From positions 63,311,684 through 63,375,683 of the forward strand of contig NC_068990.1 in the NCBI RefSeq assembly GCF_001194135.2: a DNA stretch of 64,000 bases. The letters run 5' to 3'. The notes beneath the pieces were generated by a model. It saw only the letters and a program-made list of their open reading frames with translations. It was not told the origin of the DNA and did not search any database. Source of the DNA: Octopus bimaculoides. Lineage: Eukaryota. Shown here piece by piece: positions 1 through 12,019 of the stretch. How positions within the stretch are numbered: the first letter of the stretch is position 1; each line of letters begins with the position of its first letter. A program made the position numbers and the translations under genes.

Positions 1-371
1 AGCCCTGTGTGGCTAATAAAGAAACCTATCTGTCTATCTATCTATCTATCGTACTCTCTGCATACACGTGTGTGCGTGTGTGTGCGCGCGCGCGGGTGTG
101 TATGTGTGTCTCTGTGCGTGTAATTGATTGCTAAATCGCCAAAGAGCAACACAAGTAATTATATCTAACATAAATTGTTTTGCTGCTCATTCTAGTTTAG
201 AGCAAGCAAAAAAATGCATGAAAGTCTAATGATGAAAGAAACAGTGCGTGAAACCTTCGTCGGACTCAAAAGTACGACTCCGTAACAGAAATTCCCTCCC
301 TATATTTAGATAATTTTACTACAAGACATCGAATTTTGCGCTCTGACCCAACCTCCTAATAGAACCACATA

Positions 372-416
<45 letters not shown>

Positions 417-1264
417 CTTTCTATGTATGTAAACTTTAAAATTTCTTCAACTAAAGTATATTGTATGTTTCATGATTTAAAGGGAAAAAGATATACACGT
501 TAAAACGGACTTTAGGAAATTAATAAGCAAATTTTCGTAATATATTAAAGTTTATTCATTTGACAAACAGATTGCATTTACTTTGCAACCGTATTATTTC
601 CTTTCTGATAAATCAGCAAAAAGTATTTTAATACCGAAATCTGTTTTGATGATACTATTCACTTAAATGTACACATAACTATGAGCTTAATGTAGTGTAG
701 GTTAGTTGCACTTTAAGATTGTGCAGTAATGTACAAGAACATCCATTACAGAGATGAGCATGCTTTGAATACTCCACGTTGTCTGTAGTTGGCATAATAT
801 TTTTTTTCCTTGCAGGCTTTCTCTTAATGATTTCGATTGTTGTGTTCCTAGCTCATTTTAAATCATCCAATTGTTATAATGATGCTGTTGGTGGTGTTGA
901 AACCCTCGTTTCTTCTACTCCAGCAGACCTGTAATATAAAGCGTTCCAGTGTTACCATGGTGTCTTTTATTCAGATAAACGGCGTCAAGATCACAATGCC
1001 TGAATAAAAGTCAGGGTGCGTTGTGAGTTTGTCATTATTCCTTGTAGAAAACAATTAACTAATCGCTTACAGAGACATTTACAGACCTCTATAGTAGTTT
1101 TGGTGTGTGTGTGTGTGTGACTGTCTGAGTGGTAGAGATTATTCGTGGTTCGATATTAAATAATCGCATGGTCAAATTCCAGCGAAGTTGATTTATTTTT
1201 AGTTATCTCAGCATTGAAATGAAACTTTGTGTCACGTACTCTCTAAATAAGTAATCTCTAAACA

Positions 1265-2006
1265 CATCTTCGGCGGTGCTTCTATTAGCGCCACAAGCAC
1301 CCTAGACGGCAAAAAGCTATCCAAATTATTGGCGTGAAGTCGCTCATAACTACATGCCAATATCTGGTCCGCTCATACCTTATACCATTTCTACTCTAGC
1401 TACACTGACAAATGTTCCTTCTCGCTACTGCAGCTGTATCCCTTCATTCAGACACTTCTGACTCACCCATCACTAACCTTTTTATCACCCATATTATATC
1501 CTTTACTCACCCTGCACTAACCACTATATCCACTACTTATGCTGCAGGAAATCAGACTTGTGGAATTTTCTCCATTCGCATGTTTTTTTTTTGATTTGTT
1601 TTTTATCCTGTTAGAATAAACTTCCAAGAATATAGGCGAAACGTTGACAGTATCAATATCACCAGCTTGAAAGACCTTCAAATACCATGAGCTCACCTGT
1701 TTCCTAGATTTCAGCCTTATTAAAGCAAAGCAAGACAACAAAATATGAAATAGATTTCAAGCAATAATGATCCAACAATAGTAGAAACACTTCTAAATTC
1801 ATCAAATTTAGGAAATACTAAACTATGAGATTCTGAAAATCATCCTATCAAATCTATAGAAATAATTATTATTTCTTATATTTAAGAGTTTTGAGATTTA
1901 TAAACTCAGCATTATCCGCATTGCTTTCGCATTCCCTGAAATTACAAAGAATAGAAACTAGACAGTATCTGCACAGTTTAACAATACGCGGGTTTTGTTA
2001 CTGACA
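1265..2006 (+). mobile_element. 3' end of degenerate CR1/Zenon-like LINE plus downstream flank; diverged copy of 5121-6169
   Basis: Aligns by eye with 5121-6169 (catcttcggcgg...ctagacg.caaaaagctatccaaa...gctgcaggaaatcagac...ctgaaattacaaagaatagaaact) but lacks the SINE found in that copy. Confidence 0.6.
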
Positions 2007-3789
2007 CTTTTTGAAGGGATGTCTTTTAATATATCGTTTAATATTTAATATATACAAATTATTTGTATTAGGTTAATATCTTACTCATTTTAGATGGTAA
2101 TTCTACCATATTTTAGAAAATAAATACTGGTAGTTTACTACAATCAATTCATTATTTTCGTTCCTTCACTAATTTAAAGTTATATTACGTAGAAACTAAT
2201 GAAAACCTCTACCAGTATAAGGGAATTGATTTTTAGATATATGGAAAACATCCGACTGAATATGTTAACATATCTCGTTAAATTGTGTTATGCGCTTTAA
2301 TATAACACAGGCAACTTTAGTTATCATTTCTATGATATCAATAACATAAATACTTATAGCATACAGCGACCGTTTTACTTGACTCCAGCTCGTCTGTAAC
2401 CTTATGCCTTGTCAAGTTAAAATTCTGTAATTTATATTATACAAATATACGTTGATGTATAAAAGTGATTCTTTAAATATATTCTCGAAATAACTGTGAA
2501 AAAGAAATTTGGGCAAAGTAACTTAAAAAGAATTATATATGGTTTAGTAAATTCCTATACTTAAATGCAAGAAAAACAAAAAAAAACAAAAAATGAATAA
2601 GGCAAAAGTGCCATCAAATTCCAAAACATTAAGATTTATAGAGTATATATTTCGTATCATTACAATATATTTAAATAAATTACAACAGCAACAGCTGTAA
2701 CAACAAGATGAAAGTCTGCACAAGCAATAAATACAATGAAATTCCAGAACCCACGTTATTGAAATTCGGGAAATAACTTTAGTTTTATGACAATGTTTAC
2801 GTTATCGTCTCCGCAGCATTTTATTTTTTGCAACTGATTGTTACATTTCAATGATTATGGAAAGGACTTTACATGGTAAATTCATAAAAGTATAGTAAAA
2901 GCTCTTCGAAATCGATATAAATAAAATCAAAGAACTTCAAACATATTCGTATATTTCTCTCTCCCTCTCTCCATTTCTCTTCATCTCTCTCTCTCTCTTT
3001 CTCTCACTCCCTCTATTTCTCTCTCTCTCCCTACACACACACACACATATATATGAGTGCGTGCATGTATGTACATATGTACATATGAATACACACGAAC
3101 ACACTCCTACATACACATGCATGTATATATATATATATATNNNNNNNNNNNNNNNNNNNNNNNNNNNNNNNNNNNNNNNNNNNNNNNNNNNNNNNNNNNN
3201 NNNNNNNNNNNNNNNNNNNNNNNNNNNNNNNNNNNNNNNNNNNNNNATATTATATATATATATATATATATGTTTATTTATTTATGTATGTATGCATGCT
3301 TATATATATATATATGTATATGTGTATGTAGTATACGCACAAACACACATATGCACACAAACATAGGCATACGTATATGACACTCCCTCCTTTTTCACTT
3401 ATCCTACCCTTCACTAATAATTTGAAAGCTCTAAGGGACATAAATCCTTCATATTTATCAAATCTCATTGATTCAAAATTTTGTTCATCATCATTCTCTC
3501 TAATTCATTCTGAAAGGAAGCAAATTTTCTTTGAGCTGTCTACTGTTTTTCTTGGATATTTTCGAAAATTAATCGAAAGTAATAAGCCAGATTGAAAAGC
3601 TAGACGTCATTATGAGTACATTATTATTTCGATTAAATTTAGTCTAGCTGTTCTGCGACATTATTGTTGTGTTTGAAAATAGGAGGGAAAATGGTAAATT
3701 TTTGAAGAGGATGGTAAAAAGCAATTTCGAATAAAAAACATGTAAATTTATATTTAAAGAAAATTTTATACTTTATTTTCTCTGTCTTT

Positions 3790-5760
3790 CTTATTAGATG
3801 TCGTTGACAATATATAACATTTATCTCCCTTCGTTCCTCTCCATAATCATGGGCGTCGCTGACTTTAATGTCCGCTTCTTGACTCATCGGCTCCCATACT
3901 AATGTTACTGATGTAGAAGCAAAACCTTTGCAACCAACATTCTACATTCTACATTTCAACTCCTATACACGTCGCCGCGACTAAATACGCAATATTTCTT
4001 TCTCAACTAGAAGTATAACTACTACAAGAATATAACTGCTTCTGCAACTCCCTCGTTGTGCGAAGATTATCTTGTTGAGGCTATTCCGCCATCCAATGTC
4101 ACATTGAGCCAACCACCATGTCAGAACTTCACCATTTCTATGTTAATTACCCCGTCCCTTGAGAAACTGCAGAGCAGGGCGGAGGATTGAAATGATACTC
4201 CTGGATTTTGTGGGAGATGTCACTATACACCATATAAAAATTTCTGATTGTTTAATTATTGTCATACTGTGCCTGTTGAGGCAAAACATAACGGCATAGG
4301 ATGCTCGGAGAAAACTACCCTCTATTAAAACAAGGGGACAGCTCTTATCTATCACTGAAATGAGCGCTTAAGGCTTTCGTGTTTAAGCCAACACTCTTCA
4401 GAAGTTTTCACACCGTTCCCTTATTTGTTTATCCCATTCGTCTTTTTTTAAAATTAATTCGTCCCACTTCTTTACATTCATTTGCAGTTCTTTGAGGATG
4501 CTTTTTATGCAGTCTTTGGGCAACCGCTAAACTGCGACAGATAGCTTCGTCCATGTGGCAACCCTCAAACCCTTCCGCTTCCTAAACTATAACCGATTCT
4601 TTTACTCACTTGCCAAAAGTATATTTTACCTATTTTCCAGAATCATCTGTTGCTTTACTTCTCAGCCATGATGGTCCCGTGAACAATACTTCAGCGGAGA
4701 ACGCCTGCAGGTTGCTTCCTTCTTTCGAACTGCACACTGAAAACCAGCTATATCAATAAAATTATCCACTTCCTCTCTACCAGGTTCATCACTACGCACA
4801 TATGCAGGCTGAGATATAATATCTAAAGTTCAAAGTAACATTGACATTGATAACGTTCCCTCTATTACCGACGAAACACAATTGTTCTGCCCCTCTCCTT
4901 AAAAAAATGAAGAGCATGCAACAATAAGCCGTGTCAGCACTTCAAACGTCAAGTTTCACTAACACCGAGGATATCTCCCGGCGAACACATACCCGCAGGA
5001 TAGTAAAGATAGTATCAAAAAGACTGACTCTCCCATTCAAAGCCAAAAAGTATTTCGTTCACTAATAACCGGTTACCCTCTATAATGATGCAGGGGCAGT
5101 AACATTGCATAGTACTCCTACATCTTCGGCGGCGCTTCTTACTGGCACTCCATCGGTTACGATGGCAAGAGTTCCAGTTGATTCAATTAAGGGAAAAGCC
5201 TGCTAGTGAAATTAACGTGCATGTGACTGGGCATTCGACAGACACGCGTACCCTGAGCATAATTCACAGGTAGATTCAGCCTGACACAATGTGACATGGT
5301 TTGCTCTTTGATGAACAAGTCCAACACATTTTTGCCAGATGAGTGGACTGGGGCACCATGAAATAAGTTGTCATACTCAAGAACACAACAGGCCGCCATG
5401 AATGGAACTCATGACCTTACGATCGTGAGTTGACTACCCTAACCACTAAGCCATACCCCTTTCACTTGCCTCACAAATATTCTAGACGACAAAAAGCTAT
5501 CCAAACGGTTGTCATGAAGTCGCTCACAACTACTTTGGTCTGCTTCCAAGTTATAATGTTTATACCACAGCTACGCTATTGCATCCGTATCCCTTCACTC
5601 AGGCACTTCTGCCTCACCCTCCACTAATCTTCTCATCACTCATATTATGTCCTTTCCTCGCTCTGCACTAACTACTACATCAACTACTAAAGCTGCAGGA
5701 AATCAGACCTTTGGAATTCCCTCCCTTTATATGTTGTTTGCTTTTTTTTTTCTGTCACAA
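3790..5760 (+). mobile_element. Highly decayed CR1/Zenon-like LINE ORF2 (endonuclease to RT C-terminus), interrupted by a SINE
   Basis: Translated remnants in the expected order: IIMGVADFNVR (EN GDFN), LDFVGDVTIHH (possible YADD), YSYIFGGAS (EYCSHIWGGA), RRQKAIQTVVMKSLTTTL (DRVQKRAIRLI), SDLWNSLP; many stops and frameshifts. Confidence 0.5.
5141..5460 (-). mobile_element. tRNA-derived SINE sharing its 3' tail with family C (43714, 46170)
   Basis: Minus-strand head tggcttagtggttaggg...gagttccattc (A/B-box-like); tail atcaactggaactcttgccatcgtaaccgatggagtgcca matches the family C tail. Confidence 0.75.
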
Positions 5761-6249
5761 TCAACTTCCAATAAATTATGTGAAACTTTGACGGTATCAA
5801 TATCACAGGCTTGGAGGACTTGCAAAGACCATGAACTCACCCGTCTCCTCGAGTTCAACCTTATTTTAAAAGCAATAACGAAGCAAGACAACAAAATGTC
5901 AACTAGATTACTAGCATTACTAATCCAACAATAGTTGGCGCACTTCGAAATTCATCAAATTTAGAAAATACTAAACTGTAAGATTCCAAGAATTATTTAA
6001 TCAAATTTATATAAATGCATATTATTTCCTATATACGACAAGCTGACTTAAGATTTTTGAGATTTATAATCACAGCGTTGTCCGTATTTCTTTGGATTCT
6101 CTGAAATTACAAAGAATAGAAACTAAACAATATCTGCAAAGTTTAATAATACACGTGTTGTTACCGACAAATATTCTGACCATCATATTACCTTCAACAC
6201 AATAATTGTGAATTACTGGAAGTAAACTACTTTATACATCATATGTCTT

Positions 6250-6890
6250 ATCTTTTTATTAATATATTAGATGTACCCGCCGTACCCTGTTGGGTAACAA
6301 CCACTCCAAGTTGAAAATATCGATGCTCTGCGGGAAAAGGAAAAAAATACTATTTCGAACTTCATGTATTAGAACTCTTAAATAATACAGTTCTCTTGCT
6401 TTTGGTGTGACAACATAAACATGACCAAGTGTTTCTTTGAAAACGTTCAAATGGCCTTCGACTTTTTTCCTCGCTTTCTCCTTTTCCATTATTTGTTACC
6501 ACTGTTTCAAGTGAAATACATGGATACTTCAGCATAAAGTAATTATTTTTTGCAGTCATCATTCTCTCAGTATTCTGTCAATGTTGTTCTCATATATCGT
6601 TCATTGACAGCCATATATACCTTCAGTATTTCTGAGCAATATTTTCTGTTCATCTGGTAGATAAACTTGCAGTCTAACTATTGCAGGTCCTCTTTCATGA
6701 ATTGAAAATCCTAAAATGGATGCAGCTGCTTCCATTAGATATTGACTAATTTCATTATCATTGTTTATTTGAACGGCAGCTCGGGCATTTCCTTTCATAG
6801 TGTACTTGATGACATACTTAATTGACCTCACAGAAGCAACGATTTCAAGGTAAAACCCATTTCTTGTTTGTTTTTCCATTCTTATGAGAC
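6250..6890 (-). mobile_element. Helitron Rep/helicase protein remnant (pseudogene)
   Basis: ORF 6601-6879 EIVASVRSIKYVIKYTMKG...NEISQY...ILGFSIHERGPAIVRLQVYLPDEQKI and ORF 6259-6489 EGHLNVFKETLGHVYVVTPKARELYYLRVLIHEVR match conserved Helitron segments C-terminal to the Rep motifs. Confidence 0.85.
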
Positions 6891-6947
6891 TCAGTTTCTC
6901 CCATGCAACTGATCTTCGTCTATAATGAAATACACTTTGTTTTTTTT

Positions 6948-7259
6948 TGCCTTTTGATTGAGATGATAAGGATTGATATTTTATTTTAAATAAAATAGTA
7001 ATTTTCCCTTTAAGAAAAAAAAATCAAGTACCCGTGATTCAAAAATATCTCATAATATAGGGAAAATTTCTGTCTTTCAAGTCCACAGCATTCCGAAAGT
7101 TGTATAAATGATTAAGGGGAGAAAAAAAGAAAGAAAAAAGTCAGAAGTACGATGACTCTTTGAAGTGTCGGCATTTTCAGCGTGATCTTTTTTCTTTTTT
7201 TTTCTTAAAGGGGAAATGACTGTTTTATTTGTAATCTCTATCATCTTAATCAAATGGCA
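6948..7259. mobile_element. Imperfect foldback / MITE-like element
   Basis: 6948-7025 (tgccttttgattgagatgataaggatt...aaataaaatagtaattttcccttaagaaaaa) is the reverse complement of about 7193-7259, with mismatches and a small indel. Confidence 0.55.
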
Positions 7260-8020
7260 GGAAAACAGACAAACTTTGAGTTTTAGTATAATATAGATGA
7301 CATTTTTTATTCAGTAAGATATTTAAATGAAAATCTTGAGCTGCAATAATTTGTGGAGGCATTTTGAAAATTTTAGGTATGTGCTTCATTATTTTCATTT
7401 CGATTGTGAATTTCAGTTGCTAGGAGACTCTATTTATATCACATCAAATGACGCATTAATCATTTGGCACTTTCAAACTATCAGTATTCCTCAATACTAC
7501 AAAACATACATCTGCTATGATTATATAGACACATACACGTACACGCACTAATATATTTAACAAAGGGTCATGGATGGAATGCCGCACAAAAAATTCTTAG
7601 CTTAATGACATTTCCCTTTGAGGTAGACAAACAATTCCCACTGGCAGTTGCTAATGACTCTCAGAGAAAAAGGGAGATAATTTCTTTATATTACGATTGG
7701 CTTTACCATTACCTGTGCTTCTTCTCGTTTTTTTTTTGTTTTTTTGTTTGTTTTTTTAATGTTATTGTTACTGCTTTTAGAGCAAAGGTACCTTTCGTTT
7801 GCCTTTAGAGCAAAGGTGCAATTATTTGGCCATTGAATTGTCAGCGCTTGCAAATCACTCTTCTCTTCCACCTGCTGCAACTGACTCTACAACCACCTTC
7901 TGCCGTTCTCATCAGATTTCTGACAGTGGAAGGCGACGCCATGTTTATAAAAGATGCATTTTTGAAAGCAAAATTTGAAAATGCTTTCAAAGACTTTGAA
8001 TAGCAAAAGAAAGAATAATA

Positions 8021-8215
8021 ATAATCCTTTCTACTAAACGCGCAAAGCCTGAAATTTGTGGGGAGGAGATAAGTCGATTACATCAACGTCAGTGCTTGAC
8101 TGGTAATTATTTTATCAACTCCGAAGGATGAAAGGCAAAGTCGACCGAGGCGGAACTTGAACTCAAAACATGCTAATGATTCTGCGTGCTAATGATTCTG
8201 CGAACTCGCCACCTT
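8021..8215 (-). mobile_element. SINE family A copy
   Basis: Matches the recurrent ggcg(a/g)gctggcagaa...gttcaaattccgccgaggtcgactttgcctttcatcc...tagaaaggattatt unit; internal 16-bp tandem duplication tgctaatgattctgcg. Confidence 0.8.
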
Positions 8216-8362
8216 AGTAATAATAATAATAATACTAATAATAAAAAGATGAGTTACCATAATGGGTATACTGGGCTTCGTATATTTTACCCCAGTGTCA
8301 CCTTGGTGGCATTCACTGCACTCTCAAACAACAACGACAACAACAACAACAACAACAACATC

Positions 8363-8424
<62 letters not shown>

Positions 8425-8460
8425 TGATGATGATGATGATAACGATAATGATAATAATAA
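8216..8460 (+). repeat. Compound (AAT)n/(AAC)n/(GAT)n microsatellites
   Basis: Directly visible trinucleotide arrays. Confidence 0.95.
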
Positions 8461-8463
8461 TAT

Positions 8464-8640
8464 GGGTTCAGTACCACCCAATCTGAAAGACATCTGTAAA
8501 CTTTAAAAATACCCCCACAATCTAGGTGTATTGCAAATATCAGCATTACTTGGAACTGCATGCAAATAGCGTAAAGTACTGTCTGTCTGACGTCCTTGTT
8601 GTGACTTGACAAACAGTTGAATGAACACGAGATACCGAAA
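8464..8640 (+). mobile_element. Extreme 3' end of R4/Dong-type (REL endonuclease) non-LTR retrotransposon
   Basis: GSVPPNLKDICKL*..LGVLQISALLGTACK*RKVLSV* resembles the R4-clade C-terminal LG.IP..L...QK.ALLGTA.ILRKVL motif; follows an (AAT)n array. Confidence 0.7.
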
Positions 8641-8733
8641 TATCGTTCAGCAAATTTAATTATGGCACTCTTCTTCTTTATTTACATATTCCTTCCAGCG
8701 GAGTCATAGCAGTCCTAATATTATCTATAATAC

Positions 8734-8768
<35 letters not shown>

Positions 8769-8772
<4 letters not shown>

Positions 8773-9354
8773 CCTACCAAAAACTGAGTAAATATAAAGA
8801 TCTTGAAATAGAAATTAGCANNNNNNNNNNNNNNNNNNNNNNNNNNNNNNNNNNNNNNNNNNNNNNNNNNNNNNNNNNNNNNNNNNNNNNNNNNNNNNNN
8901 NNNNNNNNNNNNNNNNNNNNNNNNNNNNNNNNNNNNNNNNNNNNNNNNNNNNNNNNNNNNNNNNNNNNNNNNNNNNNNNNNNNNNNNNNNNNNNNNNNNN
9001 NNNNNNNNNNNNNNNNNNNNNNNNNNNNNNNNNNNNNNNNNNNNNNNNNNNNNNNNNNNNNNNNNNNNNNNNNNNNNNNNNNNNNNNNNNNNNNNNNNNN
9101 NNNNNCAAAAGATAGTGCTCATGGGAACTGCCCATATCCTACGTAAAATACTGTCTATGTGATCTCAAATTTTAAAGCAAACACATAATTTTCTTATGGT
9201 TTCTTAAACATTCACTTGAACAAAACTGTACAAATCCAAATATATGGTACCCTAGGCATAACACCTACACGAACTTCTAACTTGTTGTCTCTTGAGGTCT
9301 CTGGGTGAGACTTGGATCCAACTTGTACAAATGCAAAACAAAAGTCAAACATAA

Positions 9355-9356
<2 letters not shown>
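8769..9356 (+). mobile_element. 5'-truncated R4/Dong-type retrotransposon between (TAA)n arrays
   Basis: KLSKYKDLEIEIS, then a gap, then QKIVLMGTAHILRKILSM* and a 3' UTR running into (AAT)n at 9357-9428; (TAA)n also at about 8737-8768. Confidence 0.8.
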
Positions 9357-9430
<74 letters not shown>

Positions 9431-9469
9431 GATTCAAATTTTGGGACAAGGTTAGCACTTTTATCAAAA

Positions 9470-10745
9470 GGGTTTAGTCGACTATGTCGTGTTGTTTCTC
9501 CTGAGACCATATGTTTGACCAAAATTTTTTGCTTTCTTCAGCATCCGGCACGGCTTTTTCACCTTTTTCTTTCCCATACAGTTCCTGATAGACACGTTTC
9601 TGATTTTGTTCGAAAATTTTGTTTAATTTGTACTGTTCAATTCTCTGTTCATATTGCTTTAGTTTATGTGCTTTAGCTTTCAGCCTCTTTTTAATTCCCC
9701 AATCATAACATTGATTCCCTTTCTCTTTACCCTATACTTCCTCTCTAGTTCAACATATTTCTCTCGCTGAGTTTCATTAATTTTTTTTCCGTTCCAGAAT
9801 ATTAATATGTTTTCTGGCCTCGTTAATAGACTGCGTTAATCTCTTTTTCCACCATGGTTCCTTCAGGTTATGTTGGCATTTACCTTTGGCTTTCAAACCT
9901 AATTTCCGGGTTATAAAGATCGAGATTGCATTCATCAGATTATTGGTGTGTGTGATGTTGTCAGCCCTGATATCACCAGTGATATCATTTATCTTTCTGA
10001 CCCATTCATTGAGTTTTTTTTTTTTTCTGTCTACTTTTTTGAACTCCGTATGAAGGCTCTGTTTACCAGAGGTCAAAATATCAATGATTTCATTAAAAAT
10101 GGATATCTGTTTCTCTCATTGCTTTCCTGATCAATAATCTCAGCCTCTTGCTCATTTTCTTCCTTTAACTCTACTGCCATAGTTTCACTATCTGCATTCT
10201 CTTCCTCATCTTTCCGTTCACTGCTGGTCTTATCCCTAAGCACCCGCCTCTTAATGTTTTCTAGTTCAACTGGAGATAACTATTCATTCTTTCTTATGGC
10301 TCTAGCTGGGTCACACGGATTTTGATCTCTTAATTCAAATAGGCCTCTGTCGCTCCATGCCCTACGCGTTCTTTTCCTACGTCCCCTAGCGGGTACTTCA
10401 TTATCATTTCTCGGATTACCCAAAAAGTAGCACACCATTACACCCACATTCATTTCTTTCGTTCACCTTCTTTTGGCAGTGGCTTTATGACGAGTGTGCC
10501 CACGCTGCTCACCCGTGGAGCACCTGCAGAGCAAGAGATCTTCACAAGGTGTTCCATTACCATTTTCATTTCTATTTTTATTTGACATTTCAGCACACAC
10601 GATGAGGGTTAGTGAATTTTAGGTTGCACAACGAACAGTATTTTTTCCTGTGACACTATCACTGATAGGATCTCCACCCTAGGATATAGGATTCTTGTAA
10701 TCCTGGTTTAATTTTTCGAGTTTTCGTCTCCTAGAAGGGGTGGTC
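9470..10745 (-). mobile_element. 5' region (UTR plus N-terminal ORF) of R4/Dong-type retrotransposon, 3'-truncated
   Basis: KRR*TKEMNVGVMVCYFL, CDPARAIRKNE*LSPVELE, EPWWKKRLTQSINEARKHINILE, KRLKAKAHKLKQYEQRIEQYKLNKIFEQNQKRVYQEL and PDAEESKKFWSNIWSQE are N-terminal blocks of R4-clade ORFs. Confidence 0.8.
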
Positions 10746-10996
10746 AGGCGTTATAATTGCTTCTGTCTCTTAGGTATATGCTATTTTGGTAACCGTTGCC
10801 TCGTAATATATATNNNNNNNNNNNNNNNNNNNNNNNNNNNNNNNNNNNNNNNNNNNNNNNNNNNNNNNNNNNNNNNNNNNNNNNNNNNNNNNNNNNNNNN
10901 NNNNNNNNNNNNNNNNNNNNNNNNNNNNNNNNNNNNNNNNNNNNNNNNNNNNNNNNNNNNNNNNNNNNNNNNNNNNNNNNNNNNNNNNNNNNNNNC

Positions 10997-11971
10997 CTTG
11001 GAGCCCTAGTAATCCGTTACAGCACTTACCTAGTGTACCTAGTCGTTTAGATTACCTGAGAACTAAACCCTCATACTTTGAATATATATATATATATATA
11101 TATGTATGTAAGTATTATATATATATGTGCATGTGTGTGTAATTCTATATATACAGGTATGTATGTATGTATGTATGTATGTATGCATGTATGGATGGAT
11201 GGATATCATTAAGAGGCAGGTAGCAGTTTCTGCATAGTCGAATAGAGGGCAGTTGGGCATACTTGTGGTATCTGGAAACTTTCCTATTGCCATCGTTCAT
11301 TAGCTTTTATGTAGGTCTTGTTTTTTTTCTTTTTGTAGGGTGACAAAATAGCAAGAATCATACACCCTCTTTACAGAGCAAGCTCTGCGGGGTTGCCGGT
11401 TTAGTTGCCGACATCCAGACCGAAGAAGACAAAAGAATTGCCACGCTCTCACTTTAAATACGAGGAAGAAGGTGGGTGCATCGGTCTCATGGAAAAGCGG
11501 TCTTTTCACTACAGTAGATAGATAGGAATATTTGGAAAAGATAAACAAACAAACAAACAAACAAAAAAAGAAAAATTGAACTGTGAACTTTAATGCTTCT
11601 TTTTTCTTCTCATTCTTCATCTCCTTATTCCTTTTCTCTTATCACCTGTGTCGTCATTTAATTAATCTATACCATTCTCATTTTCCCTATTTGTCTCCGA
11701 TGATGGAATATCCTATACTCTGGGATATCCCCTAAACAGCTGTAAGACTTTGAATTTTTCCAGTGATAATAATGTATATGACTTGAGATATTTGCCTTGC
11801 CTTAACGTTTGTTGTCCTCTTTAACATTTACCTATCCGCTATATCGGAAATCTACAACAGCTCCATAACTACCGTCTCGATTATAACCTTGGAGCCCTAG
11901 TAATCCGTTACAGCACTTACCTAGTGTACCTAGTCGTTTAGATTACCTGAGAACTAAACCCTCATACTTTG

Positions 11972-12019
<48 letters not shown>

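Noticed and set aside
816-935. Strong acceptor (ttttttccttgcag) followed by FLLMISIVVFLAHFKSSNC...
   Set aside because: No donor or homology recognised; the frame ends where repeat-like sequence starts
3639-3910. Minus-strand LVWEPMSQEA resembling a Helitron helicase LIIWDEAPM motif
   Set aside because: No flanking helicase motifs; the plus strand fits a LINE endonuclease better
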